64,000 bases of DNA. Origin: Eledone cirrhosa. Taxonomy: Eukaryota. The notes under the pieces were generated by a model. It worked only from the letters and a program-made list of their open reading frames with translations. It did no database searches and was not told where the DNA came from. A program made the position numbers and the translations under genes. Positions 53,707-64,000 of this stretch are shown here, in pieces (the stretch's first letter is position 1; each line of letters starts with the position of its first letter). Location: NCBI GenBank assembly GCA_964016885.1, contig OZ024743.1, positions 103,850,001 through 103,914,000 of the forward strand. The letters are read 5' to 3'.

Positions 53707-53736
53707 CTTGGAACTCTTTTAACCATCTTTTGATCT

Positions 53737-53925
53737 GCGGTGGATTGGCAGTATTGGGAGAGGGTCGGACGCCATGCTTTGACGTACAGAGTTATGGCCC
53801 TTGCCATTCTGAGTTCAAATCCCGCCGAGGTTAACTTTGCCTTTCATCCCTACGGGGTCGATAAAATAAAGTACCAGTAATGCACTGAGTAATTGCTGGC
53901 CTTGTGCCTAACGTAGAAACAATTA
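53737..53925 (+). mobile_element. SINE family A, full length
   Basis: GCGGTGGATTGGCAG...GAGTTCAAATCCCGCCGAGG...AGAAACAATTAT. Confidence 0.9.
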
Positions 53926-54081
53926 TATATATATATATATACGATATTAACAAATGGAAACTATATTTATAAAACCATCCATTTGTTAATATCGTATATC
54001 TACTCCAAATACTTGTCGAGTGCTTTATATCAGTTATAAAAATATTTGCTTGTTGTATCCCAACAATTTAAATAGAACTTT

Positions 54082-54120
<39 letters not shown>

Positions 54121-54789
54121 CCTGAGATAAACTTTAACTGAATTGACAGGAAAGTCATGTTTGGAATGGTCTACTCGGTTAAGGCTAAACTAGTAGAATT
54201 TTTTTAGGCAAGCTAACACAGTCGCATCATTACCATGGGATATAGCATGGGACTGAAATAACCAAAGCACCCACGTAGGTATCGCCTGATAAATGTACTT
54301 CTAGAGTACTGTGTCAATTTAATTGATATTTTTAGGAAAAATTTGACAAACGGCCTGAGAGTTATCAGAGAGGAAGAGTTGGATTTTAATGTGTTTATGG
54401 TTTTCCTCTATAACTATTATGATATGGCTTAAAGTGAGCAAATTCGCCATCCTTGTTTTCACTTCGAACCAGTGAAATGATAAAAGTGAGGAAATACAGA
54501 AAAAAAGACTGGCTGAAGTGTTAGTTAAAAAATGTGACTGGAAACATTTTGTCCTAAATCGTTTAAATAGAATTTAATTTCACTGAATATAATAAGGTTA
54601 TTTTCGAAACAATCAAGCAAATATACAAAAGTTAAGTTTTCAGACAGTTAATTATATATATATATATATTTTTTAATTCAATATTAAATGCTAATCATTT
54701 ATATACAGTAACTTTTCGTCATTAGTTTATTAGTTTCGTTTTTCGTTTCTTCGTTTCATTACTTTTATATCCTGTCTCTTGTTATCAAA

Positions 54790-54895
54790 ATGGCGGGCCT
54801 TGTATGTCGTATTCATCCTGTCGTCTTATTTTCTATCGTCGATGCTTATGAACGAAGGCAAGAAGATGCACATCGAGTTATTGGAACTCTATTAG
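54790..54895 (+). CDS. eif3f: Eukaryotic translation initiation factor 3 subunit F, exon 1 (MPN domain)
   Basis: [36 protein letters not shown], with AAAATGG start context and donor G|GTACAA. Confidence 0.92.
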
Positions 54896-56086
54896 GTACA
54901 ATTTATTATTAAATTTTATTAATAAGTTTTATCACATTTACTTCTATGATTATAAATAGATTTCTTTGTCTGTATGTGTACCACGTTTTTCTTTTCTTTA
55001 AAAAGCACACCCGACGTGAATGTTATATTAGTCATCAATTGGTAATTAACGGAAACTAAATTTTGAAACTAACCCACGTTTTGTACCTTTTACCTATTAA
55101 AATTATTTATCATAATTCATAGTATTCTTTCTAGAAAATCATTCTGCTGTATGTATGTTTCATTTCTTTTTTTTCAATGGTTTTGTATTTTATTTAATTC
55201 CGTTACGTTTACCCACGCACCGTTATGTCTCTATCGCAAGTTAATTGTTAATAACCCATATGTTTTGTATAAATTCCCAACATATAAATTATTAGGCGTA
55301 AAAACGTGATAAAATCTATTTTTTAGCGGTGTAAGATATTCTATGTCCCTGTTCAATTTTGTTTGAACGAATCTTCACATGTATTAACCACTTGTTCTCG
55401 CCCCCTCCCCTCCCTTTTGCTCTCCAAATAAAAGTTAAATGTTATTTTAGGTCGCAAAACCTGAAAGTAACTTAGCTTTACTGGATACATATGTACACAC
55501 GCACACATATTCATATGACCCTTTCGTTACGATATTTCTAACGAAAGACACTGCCTATAATTTTCAAGTTGAAGTGTGTATACACAATTTTTGGCTCACC
55601 CTGTATGTGTATAAAGCCCGGTAACTCTAGTTACTTTCACCTGTTTTGCGATTTAATAAGTTTTTACCTCAATAACATAATATATTTAATGTACTTCATA
55701 TATAAAAATAAAACAGGTCAAGTTTTGGAAAGTGACACTGACAAATGTATGCTCCCAAAATGTAATGTTTAGCCCAAACTAGATTTGGGTTTTATTTTGA
55801 GGTATCCCTCATGACAGTTCAACTGATTTTATGTTTTACGTATGTGTTTCCACATATATAATTCTCATATTGTCATAAAGGTTATTGAATATTATTTTGT
55901 ATTCTCTTTAGAGGCTGGAATCTTAGGTGTTATTGAATATATTGAATATATTACACAAAACCCTAGATAATTTCAGGTGATTTAGTGTCAAAAGTGTGAA
56001 TGAAATAATTTTAGTAAATCATTTCTAATTCAGTGTATTTCACGAAACATTGTAATGAAAGAGTTAAATATATTTTCTCTATTTAG

Positions 56087-56157
56087 GTACTTGTGAGAAA
56101 GGTGCAGTTGAAGTCTCTAATTGTTTCACTGTTCCACATAATGAATCAGAAGATGAA
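56087..56157 (+). CDS. eif3f: eIF3f exon 2
   Basis: TTTAG| ...[23 protein letters not shown] |GTAAGT. Phase is consistent with exon 1. Confidence 0.93.
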
Positions 56158-56326
56158 GTAAGTATATGTTTCTACGTTGTCATCATCATATAAAGTACAA
56201 CACTACATTACATTATCTAAATTACATCACTACACAATCTAAACTACATCATAATTTTATGTAAGGACTTTTGTTAAGTCAAGCACCAACTTAATGAGAC
56301 TGTTAGCTATATTTACCCAATATCAT

Positions 56327-56670
56327 GGAAGCACATGGCTTAGTGGTTAGAGCATTGGCCTTACAATCGAAAGGTTGTGAGTTCAATTCTCAGACCAGGT
56401 GATGTTATTTCCTTGAGCAAGACACTTTATTTCACATTGCTCCAGTTTACTCAGCTGTAGAAATGAGATGATAGGGACTGGGGTCCATATCATTCCACTG
56501 CAGAGTGGTCGTGGAGGTGCCACGGCAAAAAAGCACCCAGCACTCACTGTAAATGAGGTTGGTGTTAGGAAGGGCATCGAGCTGTAGAAATCAAGCCAGC
56601 CTCAGTTCCCGTCCCACCCTTGCAAGCAGGGAAAAAGCGGACGTAAAATGAAATGATGATGATGAAATGA
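56327..56670 (+). mobile_element. tRNA-derived SINE with an RTE-derived 3' tail
   Basis: A box TGGCTTAGTGG and B box GAGTTCAATTC. The 3' part GGTTGGTGTTAGGAAGGGCATC..CTGTAGAAA...GGACGT..ATGATGATG matches the reverse complement of the RTE 3' UTR at 21704-21870. Confidence 0.8.
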
Positions 56671-56965
56671 TTTAAAACATTATGAAAATCTTAGGCAATG
56701 CCTTTCATAAAAAATATTGTATTGAAAGGGTTAGTGTTTATATTTATCTGAAAATCTTCCATTACAATTTATGTAAGACCCTTGGTCAAGTTATGATTCA
56801 GACATTAATTTAATGAAAAAATTAGTTATATAAATAAATCCCTCCAAATTTTGTACTACTTTCAAAATTATTTGGAAATCATAGTGTCTTTAATTAAAAA
56901 TGTGGTAACAGGAGTTAATTTTCATTATAATTGTTCCTTGACAAAGAAATCATTGTATTATTCAG

Positions 56966-57045
56966 GTTGCTGTTGATATTGAATATGCTCGAAATATGTA
57001 TGACCTTCACAGGAAAGTCAATAGTTCTGAAGTTATAGTTGGCTG
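56966..57045 (+). CDS. eif3f: eIF3f exon 3
   Basis: TTCAG| [27 protein letters not shown] |GTAAGT. Confidence 0.93.
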
Positions 57046-57768
57046 GTAAGTTATAAAGTTCTGACATTTTTGAAAAAATAATTATTATTATTATCCCTTT
57101 AGCATTTACATTACTCTATATTTACTGTTGTATTTTCACAGTAAAGGCTTTATCTCACATATCGAATCTGAGATTTTGATATTATTTATTTTGAGAACAG
57201 TATCTTAACATAAGTACAAGCTGTTGGTTACAGCCAGTTTGAACAGCAAGTGGTGAGAGAATTCTGGCTGGATATGGCCGATTTAAATTCTAAAGGGTTA
57301 AAAAGGATTTGGATTAGCAGAATTCTTCTGTTTCTCTATGTTCTGAATTAAAATCCCACTGAGGGCAACAACTTTTCATTTATCCTTCTAGAACCGATAA
57401 AATTCCTGTCAAATCCTGAGTCCCCTCCCATAACTTTGGTGACTGGACAAGAACCAGTGTTTCAATGTGATATGGTTGTAAACAAAACCAAATCTCTTGC
57501 AAAAGTTCTGGGGAATTTTTGTCATTTTTTAATACTTATTTTGGACTAAATGTGGAGCATTCTGGTGTAAACTCTAGCCCCTTCTGTTTCAAACATTCTA
57601 TATTTGGGTGAACCCTGGTCTCATCTGTTCCATTGAACATTTTGTATTTGGGTAAACAGCTCTGTTTATCTACCACTATCCTGGGCCAGTTTACTCTTAG
57701 ACCCTGCTCTTCTGCTGCTAAACTCAATCCCTTGGTCACTGCAATGCTTCTTTGTTTACTATTATTAT

Positions 57769-58085
57769 TGGTGGATTGGCAATATCAGTAGAGCGTCAGA
57801 CATGCTTTGTGGCACATAGTTACATTCTGAGTTCAAGTACCACTCTAGTTAGCTTTGCCTTTCATCCTTATGGGATCGATAAAATAAAAGTACCAATAAT
57901 GTGCTGGGGTCGATTTAAGACTTTCCCCTCCCCCAATATTGTTGGGCTTGTGCCTAAATCAGAAAACATTATTATTGGTGGAGTGGCAGAATTGGTAGAC
58001 CGTTGGATAAAATGCTGATGTGATATCTGTTCTGGTTTTTTACAATATGTGTTCAAATCTTACTCAACTTTGCCTTTCATCCTTT
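57769..58085 (+). mobile_element. Two tandem SINE family A copies in eIF3f intron 3
   Basis: GGTGGATTGGCA...CTTTGCCTTTCATCC repeated twice, separated by an ATT tail. Confidence 0.8.
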
Positions 58086-58583
58086 ACTGGCCATAATTGT
58101 TTTTGCTGTTACTGCACTTGACATTATAAATATTATTAGTGCTTGTGCCATGATAAAATGCTCCCAGTAAACCCTGGAAAGTAATAGGGCTGGTGCCATG
58201 ATAAAACATACCCAGTCAACTATCTAAAGTTGTAGTGCTGGTGTCATGATGAAATGTGCCTATTCCACCCTGTAAAGTAGAAGAGCTGGGGCTATGATGG
58301 AACACACCATGTACACTGGTTTGTGTTAGGAAGAGTGTCCAGCCGTAGAAACCATTGCTGAATACGGAAAGTATGAGCGAGATGCAGTTGCTCTAACCCA
58401 GCTGGCCTCAGACCATGTTAATCATCATCATCATCATCAGCTTCTATAATAGTTTATTTGATCTGTATATTCCACACTTTATTTACATTTAATTTTTTGG
58501 TTTTTACCTAACTCTTATTTTGTCAGTTAAAAATGTTTTATATATATATTTTCTATTCTTTTTTTTTTTTATCCAATTTATAG

Positions 58584-58721
58584 GTTTTCTAGTAGTGGCG
58601 AAATTTCTGAGTACTCTGTTCTTATTCATGAGTATTATGCTCGTGAAGCAAAAAACCCTGTACATATTACAGTAGACACTTCTCTAATGACTGGAAAGAT
58701 GGGAGTTAAAGCTTTTATCAG
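58584..58721 (+). CDS. eif3f: eIF3f exon 4 (gene continues beyond the window)
   Basis: TATAG| FSSSGEISEYSVLIHEYYAREAKNPVHITVDTSLMTGKMGVKAFI |GTATGT. Confidence 0.93.
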
Positions 58722-59015
58722 GTATGTAAACTACTGAATCAAGATTTTAGTCAAGAATTCAATACTTTGTTTTATGTCTTTCTCAAACATTTTAAATACA
58801 TATTAACGTCTATTCTATTCATGAATTAGGCAGGTTGTCAAGTTATGCGGGGACTATGTCTTGCTCATATAATCCATTTTTGGTTTGGTTTTCTGTGGTT
58901 GGATACACTTCCTAATGCCTAACAAGGTGGACTGGCTATATAATAGTAAACTAAACATACGTAAGTCTCGCTGTGAGTGTTTTAAGTTATCTCCATAGCT
59001 GTGTGCTAGTCTTAA

Positions 59016-59209
59016 CCCTTTAGTATTTACATTACTCTATATTTACTATTGTATTTTCACAGCAAAGGCTTTACCTCACATAATATTGAATCTATGAGAT
59101 TTTGATTTTTTTTTTTTTAGAACATCAGTATAAGTGGCTGGTTATAGCCAGTTTGAACAGAAAGAGGTGAGAATTCTGGTTGGATATGGCCAGTTTAAAT
59201 GCTAAAGGG
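59016..59209. mobile_element. piggyBac-type MITE; further copies at 52553-52748 and 57095-57297
   Basis: TTAA|CCCTTTAGTATTTA...TAAATGCTAAAGGG|TTAA gives a TTAA TSD with CCC-starting TIRs. Three related copies. Confidence 0.82.
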
Positions 59210-59455
59210 TTAAATACATATGTATTGCAGCTGATGAAGGAAACTCTTTACCATTGCAGCAAAATCTGTCTCAATATACTGATTTAAAAAAATGAAAGAC
59301 TGATAATATAAATCTTCAGTAGCCCCCAAAAAACTGGATGGTCACAGCTGGAATGCATTTAGTCAACTCAATCAAGGCTAACTTGATGTCAAACAACATA
59401 GAAAAAAATAGTTTCCTTATTTAAAACCTAGTTTTTAAAGCCATATTTAATAATT

Positions 59456-59573
59456 GTTTCTACTTTTTGGCACAAGGCCAGGAATTACCCCAGTACATTA
59501 CTGGTACTTTATTTTATCGACCCCGTAAGGATGAAAGGCAAAGTTAACCTCGGCGGGATTTGAACTCAGATCG
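59456..59573 (-). mobile_element. SINE family A, 5'-truncated, in eIF3f intron 4
   Basis: ~19-bp TSD TAAAGCCATATTTAATAAT on both sides. Confidence 0.9.
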
Positions 59574-61578
59574 TAAAGCCATATTTAATAATGGTTAATG
59601 GTAATGAGTCACAGCTGGTTAAGTTGATCAGTTTAATTGTCATATTCCATAACCAGGCCCCCTGGTTATGGAATATGTGATGAGTACTGATGACAGTTGA
59701 TTAAAGAACGTTGAATGATCCAAATAGATATAATCTGTGAAAGACGCAATTAAGAAAATAGGGGATATGCTAAAGGTTCAATTTCACAAAGGACAAGATG
59801 TTGTGCTGGAGACGGCCCATCCTACCCATGTAAATTATTGATATCATTTTAACGTCCGCTTTCCCTGCTAGCAAAGTTTAGACAGGTCTGCATAGACAGT
59901 ACAGTGGCTACTGGTCTCCATAATAGGGATCTGTCATCTCGCTTATGTATGGTCTCATGTTCTACTGAGTATACAGGGGAGGTTGTCGTGTCTTTGACAC
60001 AACTGAGTCCTCCCAACCCTTTGTTTAGCAAGCTTTCTATAACTGGATACCCTTCCTATCACAAACTTTACAGCATGTACTGGGTGCATTTATCGTGGAG
60101 ATCACTAAACAATAGGGAGGCTATCACACCTTGAGGGGCGACTAAAAGGTCACCCCTATATATCATCATCATCATCATCGTTTATATATATATATATATA
60201 AAATGTGAGTCTGCCTATATGTATATGTAATTTTCCCACCATAAAATGCACCCTTCCCATTCTGTAAGCTGGTAGTGCTAGTGCCATAACAAAAATGCAC
60301 TAAGTACACACTATTAAGTGATTGTCATTAAGAAGGGCATCCAGCTAAAGAAAACCATGCTAAAATGGAATGTATGAATAAAGTATGGTCATCTGACTTT
60401 TCAGATCTCAGAATACGATAACTCATGCCGACATAAAATTATGATAAGGTATGTGTGTGTGTGTGTGACTATATATATTTGAATTTTAATGGGAATATAA
60501 GCTTTAGGAGCCAGAAAAAAATTGTATGGGTGCCGTGTATAAATTTTTTCCATCTCCAGAGTTTATGTGCCTAACTTCCTATCAATCATCATCGTTTATC
60601 ACAGCCATGGGCACCCTGCGGCCCGCTAAGCTTTCTAAATGGCTCACCTAAGGGAAATCTTTCTGATTTTTTACCTTAACTTTTCAGTCGTAATTTTTTT
60701 TTCTATCATTTTTACAATCGAGGAAACAAATCAAAACAACCTGAGTTACTACCCTTTTTTTTATGTAGGCACAGATGTAAATTGTGCCTTATGATGAGCC
60801 ATATCTCATGCGGCCCGCTTCTCAAAAAAGGTTGCCCATTCTTGGTTCAACGTCTATTTTTCCATGCTTACATGGGTTAAACAGGTTGTCATGTTATGAA
60901 ACAAGTCAGGTCATATCATGCTCATACGAAACGGTATTTTGGCTTGGTGTCTGTGGTTTGATGCCCTTCCTAACAACAAGATGGGCTGGGTGCTTTTTAT
61001 CGTGGCACTGAAACAATCACCTTACAAGGTGAGCTGGGTATTTTTTTCCCATCACCAGCAGACCACCTTACAGTGTGGGCTGGGTGCTTTTTCTCGTGCC
61101 ACTAACACAACCACCTTACAGGATGGGACTGGGTGCTTTTGTTGTAGCACCAGATCAGCATACTGGGTGGGCTTTGTGATTTTTAACATGCCAACAGCAT
61201 TGTGGTCAGATGATGAGCATGTCTAGCTTTCATTCTTCTATGTGTGGGTTTGGCAGACGAGGTGTATCAGGGGTGGGGTTTGGAGGGATGGGGGTAAGCA
61301 AGATTGACATCAACTAGGTGTGTGGGATATTTTGCAAGTGAGGATGTGGTATTATGACTGGGGAATGGTGGAGAAAGGATTGGTGCTGACCAGTGTGTCC
61401 TCATGTTTTGTTTCATTTCATTTTGTGCAGATGGGTCTTCTGCATGATGCCAAAACGTGTTTATAAAAATATTGTTTATATATATATATATATGTGTGTG
61501 TGTGTTTGTAAATCTATATGCATATGTGTGTTTATGAGTATTTGATGCGACCATTAGCTCCGCTCCTAATTGTTTATA

Positions 61579-64000
61579 CAGGTACTCCTTGTTTAACGAA
61601 CGGGTTACGTTCCAATGACCCGTTCGTTAAACGAGTGATTTTTCTGCTGACATTGGGCATATAGTCCTGTACAGTACAGTATATATTCTTGATATTGTTT
61701 CTTTATTTCGATTAATAGTTTTTAACTTAAAATCATATGCACAGAACTATAGCTTTTCTTTATAAAGTATATTACTGTACAGTAGTCTTATTTTTTGTTT
61801 TAGCTGTGGATTTCAAAGTTTTCAAACTTAAGTTAGGCTATATTATGGGCACTGAATAATTTTTCGCTCGGCCAACATTCGTCATATACGTTCAGAATAA
61901 TTCCGGATATATTGTTTCTTTATTTTGACTAATACCTTTTAACTTTAAATCCTGTTATACATAGGACTATAGCTTTTCTTTATAAAATATATTAAAGCCT
62001 TACTTTTTGTTTTAGCTGTGGATTTCAAGGTTTTCAAACCTAGGCTAGGCTACCTTATTGGCGGCACCGAATAGCTTCTCTCTTTAACACTCGGCAATAT
62101 ATTTTTCATGTTATCTTTTTATTTTCTCTCTTGTATAAGCTATTTGCACAATACACATCATATTACAGTACTACAGATATTTGGTATGTATGCGGGGTTG
62201 GAGTCGGAGTTTTCACCAGAAAACTCAGCATAGATGACTGTTTTGTTTGATTTTTTTTCTCATCATAAATTTCACGATAGCAACGTAGTCCATCTTCCAA
62301 ATGTCTTTGAAATTTTGCCAAGCGTTCAATGTTAGGATCCATTGCCTCTAATCCTTACAATCACCTTACTCATATGCGTGAATACTTCCACCAAGCCCTT
62401 AACAGTGAACTTTTTCTGTTCCTCATCTGGTTGTTCTGCTGCTTCTTCCAACTCTTCTCTATGTCGCTGCTTTTCCAATTCTATTAAATCTCGTCAGTCA
62501 ACTCTCCTTCAACAAAGTTCACTAAATTTTCCACATCTTGCGCATCCACTTCCAACCGCAACTGTTGAGCAAGACCCACAATTTTATTACTTATCACTTC
62601 AAAATCTGAATTTTTATCAAAATCTTCAAAATTATTAACAAACCTTTTCAAGCACTTTTTCCATACACCTTTCATACATTTTTCACTCACGTCCCGCCAA
62701 GCTCCGTCGATGTTCTTGATGCAGTTGACAATATTGAAATCTTTCCAAACTTCACGCAGATCCATTACGTCATCCTCCGTTGCTGTTACTGCCTGTGCAA
62801 AACTAGTTCGTAAATAATACGCCTTGAAAGTAGATATCACCCCCTGGTCCATTGGTTGAAGAATTGATGTCATATTTTGGGGCAGATCCACACCTTTAAC
62901 ATTAGGATGCAGGTCATCAATATGTTGGGGGTGGCCTGGGTCATTATCGAGGAGAAGTAGAATCTTGAAGGGAATGTTGTTTTCAAGGCAGTATTCCCTG
63001 ACTGCAGGTATAAAGCAGTTGATGAACCAATCCTCGAACAAAGATTGCGTCATCCATGCCTTGCTGTTTGCCCGATAAAATACTGGCAGCGTATGTTTGT
63101 CCACGTTCTTTAATGCACGTGGGGTTTGGGAGCAATAAATGAAAAATAGTTTCAACTTATGCCCCGTAACATTTCTGCCTAAAAGCAACGTCACTCAATC
63201 CTTGAATGCCTTGAAGCCGGGCATACTTTTAGCCTCTTTGTGAAGATACGTTCTTTCAGGCATTTTTTTCCAAAAGAGGCTAGTTTCGTCGACACTGAAA
63301 ATTTGTTTCGGGCGATAGTCTCCTTCCTCGATAATCTTGTCTAAAACATCGAGGAATGTTTTTGCTGCTTCACCAGTAATATGACAGTTGTGCAAATTAA
63401 ATCGACGACGAAATCGTTGGAACCAACCGTGGCTTGCCGTAAACGTTTCAGTACACTTGTCTCCCTCACGTGACTTGAGTTTCTCGAAGATGCTGTGCGC
63501 CTTGCTTTGAATAATATGAAGACTCATTGGCATTCGTTTGGCTATTTGGTCATCAAACCACATGGCCAACAATTTCTCCATTTCATGTATCAGGCCTTTT
63601 CGCTGTCTTGTTATCAAAGCATTGTATCCCATTATGTTCTTGACCGTCTCCTTCACTTGTTCTTTGTCCTTGAGGATGGTAGATATAGTAGAACTTGCCA
63701 AGTTCATTCTAGCAGCAATTGCGTTCTCTTTACCTCCCTCTACATATTGTTTGATGGTCTTCAGCTTTGTTTCTATATCAATGGATTTCCTTGACTTCTT
63801 GGGATAAGGCCCTGGTGTAGTACTGGTTCTTTTTGCTGACATCTTGAGGGATATAACGGTATCGAAACGAAAAAATACTTGGTAACTTCTAATGTTCAGT
63901 GGATAGATGCGAATGACGTTGCGAAAGGTGATGAGCTGGAGGCTGCTCAGCACTGCCGGTTGCCTCAGCCCAACTTATTGTACACAACAGTGTTCACTTT
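61579..64000 (-). mobile_element. Tigger/pogo (Tc1-mariner superfamily) transposon, disrupted transposase
   Basis: TA|CAGGTACTCCTTGTTTAACG terminus. ORF from about 63842 (MSAKR): CENP-B HTH, FTASHGWFQRF, FSVDETSLFWKKMP, KAWMT, LLLLDN.PGH, LQPMDQGVI. In-frame stop at 63195. Confidence 0.93.

Noticed and set aside
56327-56400. tRNA gene
   Set aside because: A/B boxes continue into a SINE body and LINE tail, with no acceptor stem or poly-T terminator.
59231-59270. CTGATGA possible hammerhead core
   Set aside because: No GAAA after a stem II and no stem I partner.

Overview
AT-rich, repeat-dominated animal genomic DNA, most likely an octopod cephalopod (inferred from recalled SINE families and (TA)n density, not proven). 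Two host genes lie on the + strand. One is a compact three-coding-exon Nova/pasilla KH-domain splicing regulator (43009-47751, about 523 aa). The other is the first four exons of eIF3f (54790-58721, continuing past the window). The rest is transposon material: a cluster of minus-strand Helitrons at 1-9900 with a head-to-tail junction and a decayed Rep-Pif1 helicase, several Penelope-like elements (RT/GIY-YIG) with fold-back architecture, a full-length Tx1/L1-clade LINE inserted in a satellite, RTE LINEs (two with twin-priming-like inversions), MULE, Chapaev, Tigger/pogo, piggyBac-type and hAT-type MITEs, and many tRNA-derived SINEs. The most notable unannotated signal is a dense set of minimal type I hammerhead ribozyme motifs from several families. 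These include two divergent, intact-looking copies with an identical stem I just upstream of eIF3f. Also notable are a Ser-rich KH1-KH2 insert in Nova at the position of the vertebrate Nova1 alternative exon, and many short perfect fold-backs. Most short ORFs in the supplied track are microsatellite or antisense noise.
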